From Methanoregulaceae archaeon (GTDB lineage: Archaea > Halobacteriota > Methanomicrobia > Methanomicrobiales > Methanospirillaceae): a stretch of 64,000 nt of DNA. Shown here piece by piece: positions 1 to 10,621 of this stretch. Where the stretch lies: NCBI GenBank assembly GCA_050015095.1, contig JBEKCC010000003.1, forward strand, positions 27,388-91,387, written 5' to 3'. The first letter of the stretch is position 1. Each line of letters opens with the position of its first letter. The position numbers were made by a program, and so were the translations under genes. Below the pieces are notes generated by a model that saw nothing but the letters and a program-made list of their open reading frames with translations, had not been told where the DNA came from and ran no database searches.

Positions 1-1452
1 CGTCGGGTTTTCCAAGGGATGAGCTGAGTTCGCATTGAAGAACCCGCCGCCGTTTGTGCCGAGATGCTTAATGGCGATCTGCGATGCGGCGGGCCCAAGC
101 GGGATAGTCTGCGTGGTCACAAGGTTGCCGGAAGAATCGTTGACTGGGTTGAGGAGCGGCACAGTCACGGGCCCCCCAAACGTTTGGACGGTTCCCTGCG
201 ATACAAGGACGAGCGCTATGATGAAACTGATAGGCAGGAGGATCATGACACTGCGGACGAGCAGCACCCAGAAGTTCCCGATGGTGGTTCCTGACCTGCG
301 TGAGAAGCCGTAGATGAACGCGATAAGAACTGCCATCCCCACCGCTGCAGACATAAAGTTCTGCACGGCGAGGCCGACCATCTGCGTCAGGTAACTGACC
401 CCGGTTTCACCTGCGTATGCCTGCCAGTTGGTGTTGGTTGCAAAACTGATCGCGGTGTTGAGCGAGAGATCCCAGGAGACAGATCCGATGGCGGCAGGGT
501 TGAGCGGGAGGAACTGCTGAACCTCCTGGAGGATGAACACGAAGGTGATCCCGATGAGAGAGAAGATCATTGTCGCGACAGCAAACATCTTCCAGTCCAT
601 CTCTTCATCAGCTGAAACGCCCGAAGTGGTGAGGAGCCACCGTTCAATGGGTTCTAGGACCGGTGAGAGGAACGTTCTCTCTCCCGTATACACCTTTACC
701 ATGAACCCCCCGACCGGGATGATGAGAGCCGCGATCACGACGGCAAAGAGGATCAGCTGGACCCAGTCCATAATCGGAATGCCAAAAAAGAGGGTAGTGT
801 ATTCCGGCGCCGGGGTAAAGGTGGACGCGAAGGGTGTGACAGTGATCCTGCCGGCGCTCAAGTCATCGATCGCGAGGTTGAGGGAGAGGACGTTTACGCG
901 GGGCTCACCGAAGATCCCGAACTGGCGGTGCACGATCTGCTGGGCGACGAGCGCATCGATTACCTGCTCGCTCATGTTCCGCTCCCGGGCAACCCGCGGG
1001 ACCTGATAATATGCGGCCGCGACACTGATATCCGGGTCAAGACCGCTTGCGGACGCAGTGACGAGATCCACCGGGATCGGCCGGGTATTAGTCGGATCGG
1101 CCGCATGGAGTGCCGTGACACGGGCCTTCACGGCATCTGCAAGCGCCGGGTTGGTCGGCCCGAGGTTCGAGCCGGTGGAACTGCCGGCGTTATCGGGAAA
1201 CGGCGTGGTGGCAGATGGCCGACCCCAGAAGTAGGCCGGTGAGGTAAACGGCTGGCCGATCAGCGCCGAGCCGGCGATTGCCCCGTCATGTACGATGAGG
1301 CTGCCGTTTGCCTGCGACGGGAAGACGAGCTGCGCGATACCGGTGATGAGAACGGGATAGAAAATCCCTGTAAGAAGTGTTATCAGGAAAAAGATCACCA
1401 ATGCAGGTTTTACCTGTTTCCGGATCATGGATCGGAGCGTCTCGGTGGTCAT
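1..1452 (-). CDS. kdpC-kdpA: KdpC-KdpA in-frame fusion (K+-transporting P-type ATPase subunits C and A); 3' end lies outside the window
   Basis: The minus-strand frame is open from the ATG at 1452 (GGAG 5 nt upstream) to the window edge, 484 codons. It is absent from the ORF track because no stop falls in the window. Residues 1-~198 match KdpC ([51 protein letters not shown]). From the in-frame ATG at 771 the sequence is KdpA ([45 protein letters not shown]). I re-derived the reverse complement of 721-960 and found no stop between the two parts. Confidence 0.8.
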   Translation of the reverse strand, partial: MTTETLRSMIRKQVKPALVIFFLITLLTGIFYPVLITGIAQLVFPSQANGSLIVHDGAIAGSALIGQPFTSPAYFWGRPSATTPFPDNAGSSTGSNLGPTNPALADAVKARVTALHAADPTNTRPIPVDLVTASASGLDPDISVAAAYYQVPRVARERNMSEQVIDALVAQQIVHRQFGIFGEPRVNVLSLNLAIDDLSAGRITVTPFASTFTPAPEYTTLFFGIPIMDWVQLILFAVVIAALIIPVGGFMVKVYTGERTFLSPVLEPIERWLLTTSGVSADEEMDWKMFAVATMIFSLIGITFVFILQEVQQFLPLNPAAIGSVSWDLSLNTAISFATNTNWQAYAGETGVSYLTQMVGLAVQNFMSAAVGMAVLIAFIYGFSRRSGTTIGNFWVLLVRSVMILLPISFIIALVLVSQGTVQTFGGPVTVPLLNPVNDSSGNLVTTQTIPLGPAASQIAIKHLGTNGGGFFNANSAHPLENPT

Positions 1453-1953
1453 GGGATCTCCGCGTGAATAGTTATCTGACTAGTCGTCGTGTACAGGTTC
1501 ACTATACCAGCGTAACAATTGTAGGTATATACACTCTCCGGTGCTGGGCAGGATCCGGACTGGGTGCACAACCTCCAGCCATTGAATCTGCAGGGCACCA
1601 CTTATATGCCGAAAGAAATCTTCCATGTGTTACTATTAAATCTGTGTGGTTTTGGGTTCTGTTAACTTGTTGTGGAATGGATTTTACTGTTAACTGGCGT
1701 GGGACAATGGAACTAAATAGGTTCTGTTGCATCTACGGTTGATGATCGAAAAGGCAATGGATATTGAATTGTGGTTGGTGGGGCGCAGATCGAAATGTGA
1801 GGATTTAATTTTGATATTGCTCAATGCTTCCCCAATAAGATGTGTTTTTTACAATTCTTTCCATAATATTCTCATCAAGATTATTGTCATTATTCCAGGA
1901 ATCCTGCTATTCCGGCAATTCAACCTAGTTCCCACGGGTATTGAAAATGCCCG

Positions 1954-2160
1954 TTATTTTCTGAGCGCAATGGCCGCATACCAGCGGTGATCGGCATCCT
2001 TGGCTGCCGCAAGTGTGAGAACCAGGGGTTTTACTGCCCGGTCACCATGCTCCGCCAGTGCACGAACCGCATGGTGGCGGTTTTCGTTCTGGGGATCATC
2101 CAGCCGGGCGATCAGCGACGCGATCGTGTCCTTCTCTTTCGTTGTTGTTTTCTGGGTCAT
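1954..2160 (-). CDS. small HEAT-repeat (PBS-lyase-like) protein
   Basis: 68 aa. Two HEAT-like units are visible: LIARLDDPQNENRHHAVRALAEHGD and AAAKDADHRWYAAIALRK. Confidence 0.5.
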   Translation of the reverse strand: MTQKTTTKEKDTIASLIARLDDPQNENRHHAVRALAEHGDRAVKPLVLTLAAAKDADHRWYAAIALRK

Positions 2161-2261
2161 GGAGAGCTCCGTTCTATTAACGTTTCACGTTATGACTGAT
2201 TGTTGTTGCCATCGCACATCTGTTCTGCGGACCGGGACGATCTTCCTGCCCTCACCACCGA

Positions 2262-3392
2262 TCAAGCCATGCCGAGAGAGCGGGGGATAAAGAGGACGCC
2301 AAAGAATACAATCATCAGGACAATTCCAAGGGGAATACCAACTTTTGCCCATTCGCGGCTTGAAATTTTCATTTTCCCTGCTGCAATAATATTGGGGATG
2401 TTACCCGGGATGAGCATCCCACCTGAGATGAGGAGGGCCACGAGAGCGCCGGTGATCTGTTGCGATGACAACGGGGGACTGATCTCTGCTGCTGCAAGCA
2501 TTGCATTGTCAAGAACTGCAGAGACCATGTTCGCCCAGTAAAGGGCTTCCGGAGGGATGCGGATAACATAGTCCAGGATCAGGGGCTTGACCCCTTCCCC
2601 GATAAACACGAGCGCCATGATGAAGAGATACACCTTTCCTGCCCGGACCACCACGTCGCTGATCGTCTCGCGCTCGATAACGCATTCCAGTCTCGTACTG
2701 CCGCTGTGCCGCCGCTTGAAGACAACCAGACCGACAAAGCCGAGAAGAAGAATCGCGGGGATGATATACAGCCCGAGTTTGTGGAGGAGAAACCAGAAAT
2801 CCGCATGGTACGGTACACCGGAGAGTCTTGTGACGACAATAGAGGAAAGCGGTCCTCCGAGAGGGGTAAGTCCGGATCCAAGGCCGATAGCGAAAGATGC
2901 GACAACAGTAATTTCAATTTTTGCCTCTTTGACGAGGGGGAGGGAATTGATGATCTCGATCAGAATGATCGCCGCAAGGATAACGGAGATAATGCTGGAA
3001 ATAAAACCAAGCGCGATGATCAGCGCCGGCACGATCACGGTGAGGGGGACCTTATCCACCAGATGGTTAATAGCCTGTTCGAGCTGGTGATGAAGATAGT
3101 ATATAAGGAGCCCAACAAGGAGAACCACCTGGACAATCCCGACGGGCACCCCACCAACCCTTACGATGTCCAGTGGACTTGTGAGCGCCTCTGCAATGAT
3201 CGCCCAGCTCCATCCCGTTGATTCATTAGGAAGAGCAATAAAACCGGAAATTGTTAGTGCAAGGACACCGCAAATGAAGAGGAAAAACTCTAAATTGCGT
3301 TCGATACTTTTTATTTTAAAAGGGAGCATTAGGACAGCTATGAATATGATGATGAGACCAAGATTCACATAGAATGGGTCCATTTTCTTCAC
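2262..3392 (-). CDS. polytopic membrane protein, putative cation transporter (DUF1646-like)
   Basis: 376 aa and hydrophobic throughout, with about 10 predicted TM helices. The family assignment is from memory only. The track start is GTG at 3392; an ATG lies at 3383. Confidence 0.5.
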   Translation of the reverse strand: MKKMDPFYVNLGLIIIFIAVLMLPFKIKSIERNLEFFLFICGVLALTISGFIALPNESTGWSWAIIAEALTSPLDIVRVGGVPVGIVQVVLLVGLLIYYLHHQLEQAINHLVDKVPLTVIVPALIIALGFISSIISVILAAIILIEIINSLPLVKEAKIEITVVASFAIGLGSGLTPLGGPLSSIVVTRLSGVPYHADFWFLLHKLGLYIIPAILLLGFVGLVVFKRRHSGSTRLECVIERETISDVVVRAGKVYLFIMALVFIGEGVKPLILDYVIRIPPEALYWANMVSAVLDNAMLAAAEISPPLSSQQITGALVALLISGGMLIPGNIPNIIAAGKMKISSREWAKVGIPLGIVLMIVFFGVLFIPRSLGMA

Positions 3393-3578
3393 CTTCGAAT
3401 GAGTAGAGTAACTATGATATATTATCTCTGTGTTAAACCCATAGCAACCTTAAACATTGCCTGAATATTCGTATAAAAAAAATTATTGAGTTATTTCAAA
3501 ATTAGGCCTACCTGTAGTGTAAAGTGACATCGTATCCTTATCCATCCCCTTCATACTTACTAATCTCAAAATCAGATT

Positions 3579-4245
3579 TTATTGTATAGCCAAAAAGAGG
3601 AAATAAACACCTATTATTATAATCATAACACCAATTATTCTGTCGAAAACTTCCCCACCCAATGTTGTAACGTTTTTTATTTTTTTACCAATAGTTCCGC
3701 CAATCGAACTTATTACGATTAGAGGGATGCTCAACCCAATAGCGTAGATCAGCATCGTAAAAACCCCCTGTACTGCAATCTGATAAAGGGCAATGTATGT
3801 CAACACAATAATTAGCATTGGTGCTCCTCGTCCCACTGTAATAGCACCGAATGAAAGTCCCAATAAAAATGCCCCTCACACGGTGTAGGAAGTAGGCACC
3901 TTGAAGAAATCGAATATACTACGTATTGGGGGTTTATACACTTGCAGGAGTTGCAAACCCATCAGGATCAATAGAACTCCGCCGATTGTCCATGCGATTG
4001 TGCTATTTAAAAAAAAGGAGATATTTTCCAACATATCCAGCAATCAAGCCTAGAGGCAATAATACAAGAACCGTGCCAATGCAGAAGGATATCGTGAGTT
4101 TTAAAATATTTGTCAGATTTAGTGAGGTGTCACCGCTCGTCAGATACCCTATCAAACCTAAGCACAATACACTGTTGCAAGGGCAGATACCCGCAATTAG
4201 CCCGAAGATAAAAATGCCAAGCAAAGAAGGGTCGAAAACCGCCAT
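3579..4245 (-). pseudogene. DsbD/CcdA-family thiol-disulfide membrane protein, disrupted by one frameshift and one in-frame TGA
   Basis: The N-terminal ORF (MAVFDPSLLGIFIFGLIAGICPCNSV...) ends just after a T8 run (A8 on the + strand, 4009-4016). Shifting one base there restores ...AWTIGGVLLILMGLQLLQVYKPPIRSIFDFFKVPTSYTV. A TGA at 3876-3878 follows, then the same frame continues as GAFLLGLSFGAITVGRGAPMLII... (ORF 3579..3863). The layout parallels B. subtilis CcdA as I recall it. Confidence 0.55.
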
Positions 4246-4323
4246 ATAATAACTATCCTTTCTCAAGTGGTATGTATGAAAGTAATGGTAGCAGATCGGA
4301 CCGTAACGTGTTGATGCCAATCT

Positions 4324-4614
4324 CTATTTTAGTTTTCTGAGTTCCCTTTCAGAACCATTGACACAGTAATAAGCGAACTTGAGCCCTATCATAGGTGTAA
4401 GAGGGCAAGTTGGGCAGATACATGCTTTTTTGGTGGTAGTACACGAGCTTTTTCCGGTTATACAGAAGAGAAACTCCGTCTTTCCCTTCATACAATCATT
4501 GTACGTTGGACATTTCCCACAGATGCACATACCCTTAGCCTTATTGATCATTTGTTTACGGTCTATATCGGTCATCTTCTGCATTTTCTGTAGCATTTCT
4601 TCAAATTTGTCCAT
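4324..4614 (-). CDS. Cys-rich small protein (DUF2769-like)
   Basis: 96 aa containing CICGKCPTYNDC, FCITGKSSC, CICPTCPL and YYC. The family name is from memory. Confidence 0.45.
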   Translation of the reverse strand: MDKFEEMLQKMQKMTDIDRKQMINKAKGMCICGKCPTYNDCMKGKTEFLFCITGKSSCTTTKKACICPTCPLTPMIGLKFAYYCVNGSERELRKLK

Positions 4615-4674
4615 TAGACACCTACATTCATTCGGGGGGATAATTCCTTATTTCTAATGTTTGTATTATAAGCT

Positions 4675-5388
4675 ATGCCAGCACCCATTGTAGGAAGAAA
4701 ATTTGGTGTCGGTGATATCGCTCTTCTCGACCCAGAAAAAATACGCGGTATAAAAGTTTTAGGGATCTCTGGATCAAGTCGTCAGGAACCAGGAATGTCA
4801 AAGTCAGAACGGCTCTTAATGCGTTCACTTGACAAATATAAAATACTGGGATGCGATACGACGTTTTTACGATTAAAAGATCTCAAAATCTATGATTGTG
4901 AGGGGAATTACTCAGAAAACCCAGCTTATTGCACCTATCCCTGCCAATCAACCCTCAAGTATCCGGATGATGAAATGCAGAAAGTCTATGACGCAGTTCT
5001 TGCATCAGATATCCTTATTTTAGCGACACCGATCCGGTGGAACAATCATTCTGCACTTGTGCAGAAGTTTGTTGAGAGAATGAACTGTATTGAGAACCAA
5101 TACTCATGGTTCGGAAACCGCATGATCAATAACAAGGTTGTCGGATTGATTATCATTGGACATGTGGATGGGATGCAGCATGTTGCCGGGAACCTCTTGA
5201 ACTTTTTTGCCTGGCTTGGTTTCCACAGCCCAGAAGTATCCATTGCGTCTTGGGTTGGTGAAAATGATGAGGACACAACCAAGGATTGGGGGCAGATAGA
5301 GAGGAATAAATATACACAAGAGGATCTCGAAAACCTCGTCTCAAGTTCCCTCGTACTCGCCTACGGTTTGAAACATGCAGTCTGCTAA
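4675..5388 (+). CDS. flavodoxin-fold NAD(P)H-dependent FMN reductase / iron-sulfur-flavoprotein-like
   Basis: Contains IKVLGISGSSR and ILILATPIRWNNHSALVQKFVERM, typical of the FMN_red/Isf family. Confidence 0.6.
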   Translation: MPAPIVGRKFGVGDIALLDPEKIRGIKVLGISGSSRQEPGMSKSERLLMRSLDKYKILGCDTTFLRLKDLKIYDCEGNYSENPAYCTYPCQSTLKYPDDEMQKVYDAVLASDILILATPIRWNNHSALVQKFVERMNCIENQYSWFGNRMINNKVVGLIIIGHVDGMQHVAGNLLNFFAWLGFHSPEVSIASWVGENDEDTTKDWGQIERNKYTQEDLENLVSSSLVLAYGLKHAVC

Positions 5389-5491
5389 TATAAGGACTAG
5401 GGGGAAAACTGAACATTTGAACATTTACTATTTTTTACATAGATCAAATCGCATTTTTTATAAACCCTTACAGATAATTCCATATACTGGT

Positions 5492-6082
5492 ATGGCGTCG
5501 TTTGACTGCAATTGGTGCGGCAAGTGTTGTATGAGTTTTGGGGAGTTCGTCGACATCGAAAGGCAACTGTCCGAACGCGATTATTATTGTCGATACGGTA
5601 TCACCAACGAACTGTTTCTTGTTCATATACAACCTGAATATGCCGATGAAATCGCAGAAGCGTTTGAAGACAAAGACCAAACAAAATCTGAAGAGCATAA
5701 GAATAGGTGCATCTTCATGCAGAAGAATAAAAACGGTAAGGGGGTCGTGTGTGCCATCTATCCCACCCGTCCAACCATATGTAAGGAGTTCCGGTGTTAT
5801 CGGATGCTAATCCATAATCCCAAAGGAGAACTAGTTGGGAAGGTTATTGGACATAACGAACTTAAAACTACTGATGAGGAATTGAAAGAAATCTGGAAAG
5901 ATCATATTGCACCGTTGCCTCACCCTATTCATTCTGAACATCATTTAGATCACCCCCATGCATTGCATCATGCAAACGAGTTACATGCTCCTGACTTTCA
6001 CATTCAGGATAATGAATGGATGGACACTGTCGTTAAGGTTCTCGCAGATCACGGATTCCATGGCGATCCCGTTCATGACTGA
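5492..6082 (+). CDS. YkgJ-family (UPF0153) cysteine-cluster protein with a His-rich C-terminal tail
   Basis: The likely start is MASFDCNWCGKCC at 5492, in frame with the track ORF that begins at 5375. A second cluster, CAIYPTRPTICKEFRC, follows. The tail reads HPIHSEHHLDHPHALHHANELH. Confidence 0.6.
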   Translation: MASFDCNWCGKCCMSFGEFVDIERQLSERDYYCRYGITNELFLVHIQPEYADEIAEAFEDKDQTKSEEHKNRCIFMQKNKNGKGVVCAIYPTRPTICKEFRCYRMLIHNPKGELVGKVIGHNELKTTDEELKEIWKDHIAPLPHPIHSEHHLDHPHALHHANELHAPDFHIQDNEWMDTVVKVLADHGFHGDPVHD

Positions 6083-6308
6083 AGACAAATAATTAAGAAT
6101 TTTTTTCGAATTCTTTGTATATAATAAAAAACCCCATAAGAATATTATTTCCACCGAATACCGTTTAACTTCATAATCATAACATTCATGGAACAATGTA
6201 ATATCTTATAAGAAATATTGATCTTTTGTTGAGAGAGCGATCAATCATCCAATTAAAAGTGGTATAATTTAATGCAGGTCTTCGATATTGAGTCTATTTC
6301 AGGTTAAT

Positions 6309-7121
6309 TTATCCTTTGATATCCTTGAGTAATCCTGTCGCTTTTTTCATGGTAGAGATATAACGTGAAACCTCGTCAATCATGATCTTTTTATTATCAA
6401 GATGTTGCTCGATGAGGTGCACAATAGCACTGCCAACAATGACCCCATTAGCTCCCTCTGAAATAAGTGGTTTTATGTGTTCTGGTTTTGATATACCGAA
6501 CCCAATGGAAAGAGGGAGATTGCTCTGTTTCCTAACAGAGTGGATGAGTTCAAACACACTATGTTCAAGTTCCTGACGAACCCCTGTAACTCCTGTGGTA
6601 GAGATAAGATATAAAAAACCACTTGCGAGGGAAACGATCTTTTTCAGTCGTTTTGTTGATGTTGTTATCGATACGAGAAAGATCTGATTCAAACCCACAG
6701 TTCTTGCGATCTCAACCACATCCTTGGATTCCTCATAAGGCATATCCACAATCAAGATGCCATCGATACCCGCATCACGTGCATGGCGGTAGAACTTCTC
6801 GATGCCACGCTTGAATACAATGTTATAGTATGTGAGGAGAACGATTGGAATATCAGTATCTTTTCTTAGCTCATGCACAATGTCGAATAGGATATCTGGA
6901 GTCATTCCAGATTTGAGAGCTCGCTCGTTCGCCTTTTGGATGGTAGGGCCATCTGCAACAGGGTCTGAAAACGGCATGCCAATTTCCAAGATATCGACTC
7001 CAGCCCGTATTACATGCTTTGCAAGTTGGATACTTGTCTCCAGATCGGGATCGCCAGCAACTAGAAACGCAATAAATGCCGGGGATTTTAAGTGTTGAAA
7101 GGTATCTGTAATCCGAGTCAT
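6309..7121 (-). CDS. trpA: tryptophan synthase alpha chain
   Basis: Contains [11 protein letters not shown] and [17 protein letters not shown]. It is the last gene of the trp operon and overlaps trpB by 4 nt. Confidence 0.95.
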   Translation of the reverse strand: MTRITDTFQHLKSPAFIAFLVAGDPDLETSIQLAKHVIRAGVDILEIGMPFSDPVADGPTIQKANERALKSGMTPDILFDIVHELRKDTDIPIVLLTYYNIVFKRGIEKFYRHARDAGIDGILIVDMPYEESKDVVEIARTVGLNQIFLVSITTSTKRLKKIVSLASGFLYLISTTGVTGVRQELEHSVFELIHSVRKQSNLPLSIGFGISKPEHIKPLISEGANGVIVGSAIVHLIEQHLDNKKIMIDEVSRYISTMKKATGLLKDIKG

Positions 7122-8287
7122 ATGCTATCTCCAAGTTGAGCCACTTCCCCAACATCCTTGTCGCCACGTCCTGATAGGTTAATCACCACGATATCGTCCT
7201 TGTCAAATTTGTCGGCCATTTTGACTACTTGTGCAATAGCATGAGCAGATTCTAGTGCGGGAATAATTCCCTCCTTTCGTGAGAGTAAATGAAATGCCTC
7301 AAGTACCTCATGATCTGTTACTGCGAAATATTCAACCCGTCCGATATCTTTCAACATACTGTGTTCGGGACCAACCCCAGGATAATCGAGACCCGCTGAA
7401 ATACTATGTGTGTTCATGATTTGCCCGTAATCATCCTGCAACACATATGACATCGCCCCGTGTAACACACCTTGGGAACCAACACAAAGAGTTGCACCAT
7501 GTTCTCCTGTTTCCAGCCCTTTACCACCTGCCTCTACCCCGATGAGCCGCACTTTGTCGTTAAGGAACGGATAAAACATACCGATGGCGTTCGACCCTCC
7601 ACCAACACAGGCAAGGATGACGTCAGGCAATCGCCCAGATACCTTTTTGATCTGTTCCCGCGTCTCTGACCCAATAACCGATTGGAAGTCACGAACGATA
7701 CGCGGATATGGATGCGGCCCTACCACCGATCCGATGAGGTAATAAGTCGATTCAACATTCGTTACCCAGTCACGGAATGCTTCGTTTATTGCGTCTTTGA
7801 GAGTACGGGTACCAGTGCGAACCGGAATAACTCGAGCACCGAGGAGTTCCATCCGAAATACATTTAATTTCTGGCGCTCGATATCGACCTCCCCCATGTA
7901 CACATCAACCGGTATGCCTAGTACTGCGCCGGCAATAGCAGTAGCAACCCCATGCTGACCGGCTCCAGTTTCTGCAATCAACCTTTTTTTACCCATAAAT
8001 TTTGCCAGAAGAGCTTGACCGAGGGTATTATTGATCTTATGAGCACCGCCATGGAGGAGATCCTCTCTTTTCAGAAATACATTACACTTTAGCATTTCCG
8101 ACAAATTCTCACAATAGGTAAGCTTCGTTGGTCGACCAGCATAGTCAGTTAGGTACCGGTTGAGAGTATCCATTGAAGTATGGTCCTTACGGAACTGCCC
8201 GTAGGCATGTTCAAGCTCTTCAAGGGCACACATCAGTGTTTCCGGAACAAATTGTCCACCGTAGTCTCCATATCGACCCTTTTTCAT
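7118..8287 (-). CDS. trpB: tryptophan synthase beta chain
   Basis: Contains GGQFVPE, the PLP-lysine motif HGGAHKINN, and GGGSNAIG. Confidence 0.95.
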   Translation of the reverse strand: MKKGRYGDYGGQFVPETLMCALEELEHAYGQFRKDHTSMDTLNRYLTDYAGRPTKLTYCENLSEMLKCNVFLKREDLLHGGAHKINNTLGQALLAKFMGKKRLIAETGAGQHGVATAIAGAVLGIPVDVYMGEVDIERQKLNVFRMELLGARVIPVRTGTRTLKDAINEAFRDWVTNVESTYYLIGSVVGPHPYPRIVRDFQSVIGSETREQIKKVSGRLPDVILACVGGGSNAIGMFYPFLNDKVRLIGVEAGGKGLETGEHGATLCVGSQGVLHGAMSYVLQDDYGQIMNTHSISAGLDYPGVGPEHSMLKDIGRVEYFAVTDHEVLEAFHLLSRKEGIIPALESAHAIAQVVKMADKFDKDDIVVINLSGRGDKDVGEVAQLGDSI

Positions 8288-8850
8288 AAAACAGCCTCTT
8301 TACAATTATGTAAAAACAACCTGATCTTTTCTTTATCCTTGATTCCCGGTTCGACCTCGACACCTGAAGAGACGTCGACTGCATCAGGTTGAACAATTTC
8401 AATTGCTTCCTTGACGTTCTCAGGATTCAGTCCTCCGGCAAGTATTACCGGAACCTTCGACAGTTTTACCACTTCAGAGGCGAATGTCGAGTTATATAGT
8501 TTACCGCTCCCGTAACTTTCATCAACAACAAAAGCATCCGAATCGGGTAATAGGTGATCTCCTCGCTTTACCATCCGAAATACTTTCACATTCCGATTCG
8601 ATGGAAATGGAAATGGATGAGAAATCTGAACGGCGTCCGGCTTAAGTGCGAGGATTTCCTTAAGATCTTCTTCTGATTTAGTATGGGTCACAATAACTTT
8701 CATTGTAGACGAGGTGAGTGAAGAAAATATTTCTCGTACCCGGCTAGATTGAACCGAACGAGGAGAATCAGAGAACATAACTATCCCGATGGCGTCCGCT
8801 CCACATCCCTCAGCATAGAGAGCATCTTCAACTGTCGTAATTCCGCACAT
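8284..8850 (-). CDS. trpF: phosphoribosylanthranilate isomerase
   Basis: Contains [29 protein letters not shown] and [11 protein letters not shown]. Its position between trpC and trpB fits. Confidence 0.85.
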   Translation of the reverse strand: MCGITTVEDALYAEGCGADAIGIVMFSDSPRSVQSSRVREIFSSLTSSTMKVIVTHTKSEEDLKEILALKPDAVQISHPFPFPSNRNVKVFRMVKRGDHLLPDSDAFVVDESYGSGKLYNSTFASEVVKLSKVPVILAGGLNPENVKEAIEIVQPDAVDVSSGVEVEPGIKDKEKIRLFLHNCKEAVL

Positions 8851-8852
8851 CT

Positions 8853-9608
8853 TTACGCGAATACAAATTCCTCCAGTTTTCTTTGAGGATACTCATGGGA
8901 CATGATTGAGGACCCTATTAAAAAGGCGTCGCAGTATGGTTTCATCTCACGTATATCGTCAGCTGATCTCATCCCGCTCTCGGATACGATTATTCTCCCT
9001 GCTAACCAAATACTTCCTGAAAGATTACGGGTTGTGGACCGATCTATGGTGAGTGTTGCTAGGTTGCGGTTATTGATCCCGATGAGAGTGGCATCTGTTG
9101 CAAGTGCCAACTCCACGTCTGCCTGATTGTGAACTTCAACGAGAGGTTCAAGCCCGTAATCACCGGAACGATCGACAAAATCCGAAAGCCTATCCTTGAG
9201 AATCGCAGCAATAAGGAGAACCGCGTCCGCCCCAAGTGCTCGGGATTCTGCAATCTGCCGTTCATCAATGATAAAATCTTTTCTTAGAACGGGTATACTA
9301 ACCGCTTTTTTTACCTGTTTGATATCCTGTGCTGTACCACCAAAGAAATATGGTTCGGTCAAAATGGAGAGTGCAATACACCCTGCCCTGACAAGCACTC
9401 CTGCCATCATCGCCATATCTACATTGCGGCGAAGGATGCCATGGCTCGGTGAGATGCATTTGATCTCGGCAATCACCGCGTTTTTACCGTTTTTGTTGCG
9501 GATTGCATCTGCAAGACTTACATGAGGATACAGGATATCATCTGGAAATGAAGTAGGTAGACGTTCGACTCGCTTTTGGGTTCGCCGTATAATCTCGTCG
9601 AGAATCAC
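8853..9608 (-). CDS. trpC: indole-3-glycerol-phosphate synthase
   Basis: Contains [26 protein letters not shown] and LIGINNRNL. Confidence 0.9.
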   Translation of the reverse strand: MILDEIIRRTQKRVERLPTSFPDDILYPHVSLADAIRNKNGKNAVIAEIKCISPSHGILRRNVDMAMMAGVLVRAGCIALSILTEPYFFGGTAQDIKQVKKAVSIPVLRKDFIIDERQIAESRALGADAVLLIAAILKDRLSDFVDRSGDYGLEPLVEVHNQADVELALATDATLIGINNRNLATLTIDRSTTRNLSGSIWLAGRIIVSESGMRSADDIREMKPYCDAFLIGSSIMSHEYPQRKLEEFVFA

Positions 9609-10621
9609 AGTACACCACGTGTCTCTCTAATAAGATGGTCCAGAACTGTACTTGCTCTGCCAGAGTCAATTGATTCAGCTCCCATTGAAATCCCTTCTTT
9701 GAGTGTATCGGCTTTACCACCAAGATACACCGCAGCACCAGCATTCAAGAGCACGATATCGCGTGCTGGACCTTTCTTACCAGAAAAGATACTCTGAAGA
9801 ATCCGTGCATTTGTTGCAGCATCTCCACCTTTTAAATCGTTCAGTGTCGCTGGGCTGAATCCAACATCTTGACAATTGAGTACGTATGTCCTGATCTTTC
9901 CCGCTTCCAATTCGGAAATTTTTGTGGGACCTGTAGTTGAAATTTCATCGAGTCCACCACCATGCACAACCATTGCCCGTTCCACGCCAACAGAAGAAAG
10001 CACACAGGCGATTTTTTCAGTGAGAACCGGGGTATAGACACCTAGAAGCTGCGCTTTAGCACCGGCAGGGTTCGCGAGTGGTCCAAGTAAGTTAAAGACA
10101 GTTCTGATACCGAGTTCTTTTCGCGGTCCTGCAACATATTTCATGGCCGGGTGGTAGAGAGGAGCAAAGAGGAATGCAATATGATACTTTTCAAGAATTT
10201 GAGAGACCCGGTCAGGTGAAATTCCAAAATTCACACCAAGTGCCTCTAAAACATCAGCAGATCCACACCTGCTGCTCACGCTCCTATTTCCATGTTTAAC
10301 GACAGGAACTCCACATCCAGCTGCAACAAAAGCAGCGGCCGTACTAATATTGAAAGTTGATGCACTATCTCCCCCAGTTCCGCAGGTATCGACAAGTATT
10401 CCATTCACTGTGGGATTGATCGTAAGGGCACATTTCCGCATCACATTGGTAAAGGCTGCAATCTCTTCGACTGTTTCACCTTTCAACCGGAGAGCGGTAA
10501 GAAAGCTCCCCACTTGAGCATCTGTGGCCTCACCTTTCATGATCTCCATCATGGCCGATTTTGCTTCCATTTGGGTGAGGTTGCGTCCTTCAATGAGCTG
10601 TCCAATTGCTTCCCGTATCAT
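9605..10621 (-). CDS. trpD: anthranilate phosphoribosyltransferase
   Basis: Contains [41 protein letters not shown]. Confidence 0.95.
   Translation of the reverse strand: MIREAIGQLIEGRNLTQMEAKSAMMEIMKGEATDAQVGSFLTALRLKGETVEEIAAFTNVMRKCALTINPTVNGILVDTCGTGGDSASTFNISTAAAFVAAGCGVPVVKHGNRSVSSRCGSADVLEALGVNFGISPDRVSQILEKYHIAFLFAPLYHPAMKYVAGPRKELGIRTVFNLLGPLANPAGAKAQLLGVYTPVLTEKIACVLSSVGVERAMVVHGGGLDEISTTGPTKISELEAGKIRTYVLNCQDVGFSPATLNDLKGGDAATNARILQSIFSGKKGPARDIVLLNAGAAVYLGGKADTLKEGISMGAESIDSGRASTVLDHLIRETRGVL

Noticed and set aside
1453-1953. Riboswitch (for example c-di-AMP/ydaO-type) or a kdpF mini-ORF in the 500-nt region upstream of kdpC
   Set aside because: I could not identify the conserved riboswitch cores or a hydrophobic 25-30-aa ORF. 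Only a TATATAC box (about 1524-1531) and a GGAG SD are visible. The listed ORFs 1377..1742 and 1502..1732 look non-coding.
2587-3221. Long plus-strand ORFs (167 and 171 aa) overlapping the DUF1646-like gene
   Set aside because: They lie antisense to a strongly hydrophobic, coherent 376-aa membrane protein. Their translations are Arg/Ser-rich or charged low-complexity with no motifs, which is typical of shadow ORFs.
3876-3878. In-frame TGA in the DsbD/CcdA-like gene as a selenocysteine codon
   Set aside because: By alignment to CcdA as I recall it, the codon does not fall at a Cys position. The gene also has a separate frameshift. I see no hairpin I could defend as a SECIS element, and the lineage is not one I would expect to use Sec.
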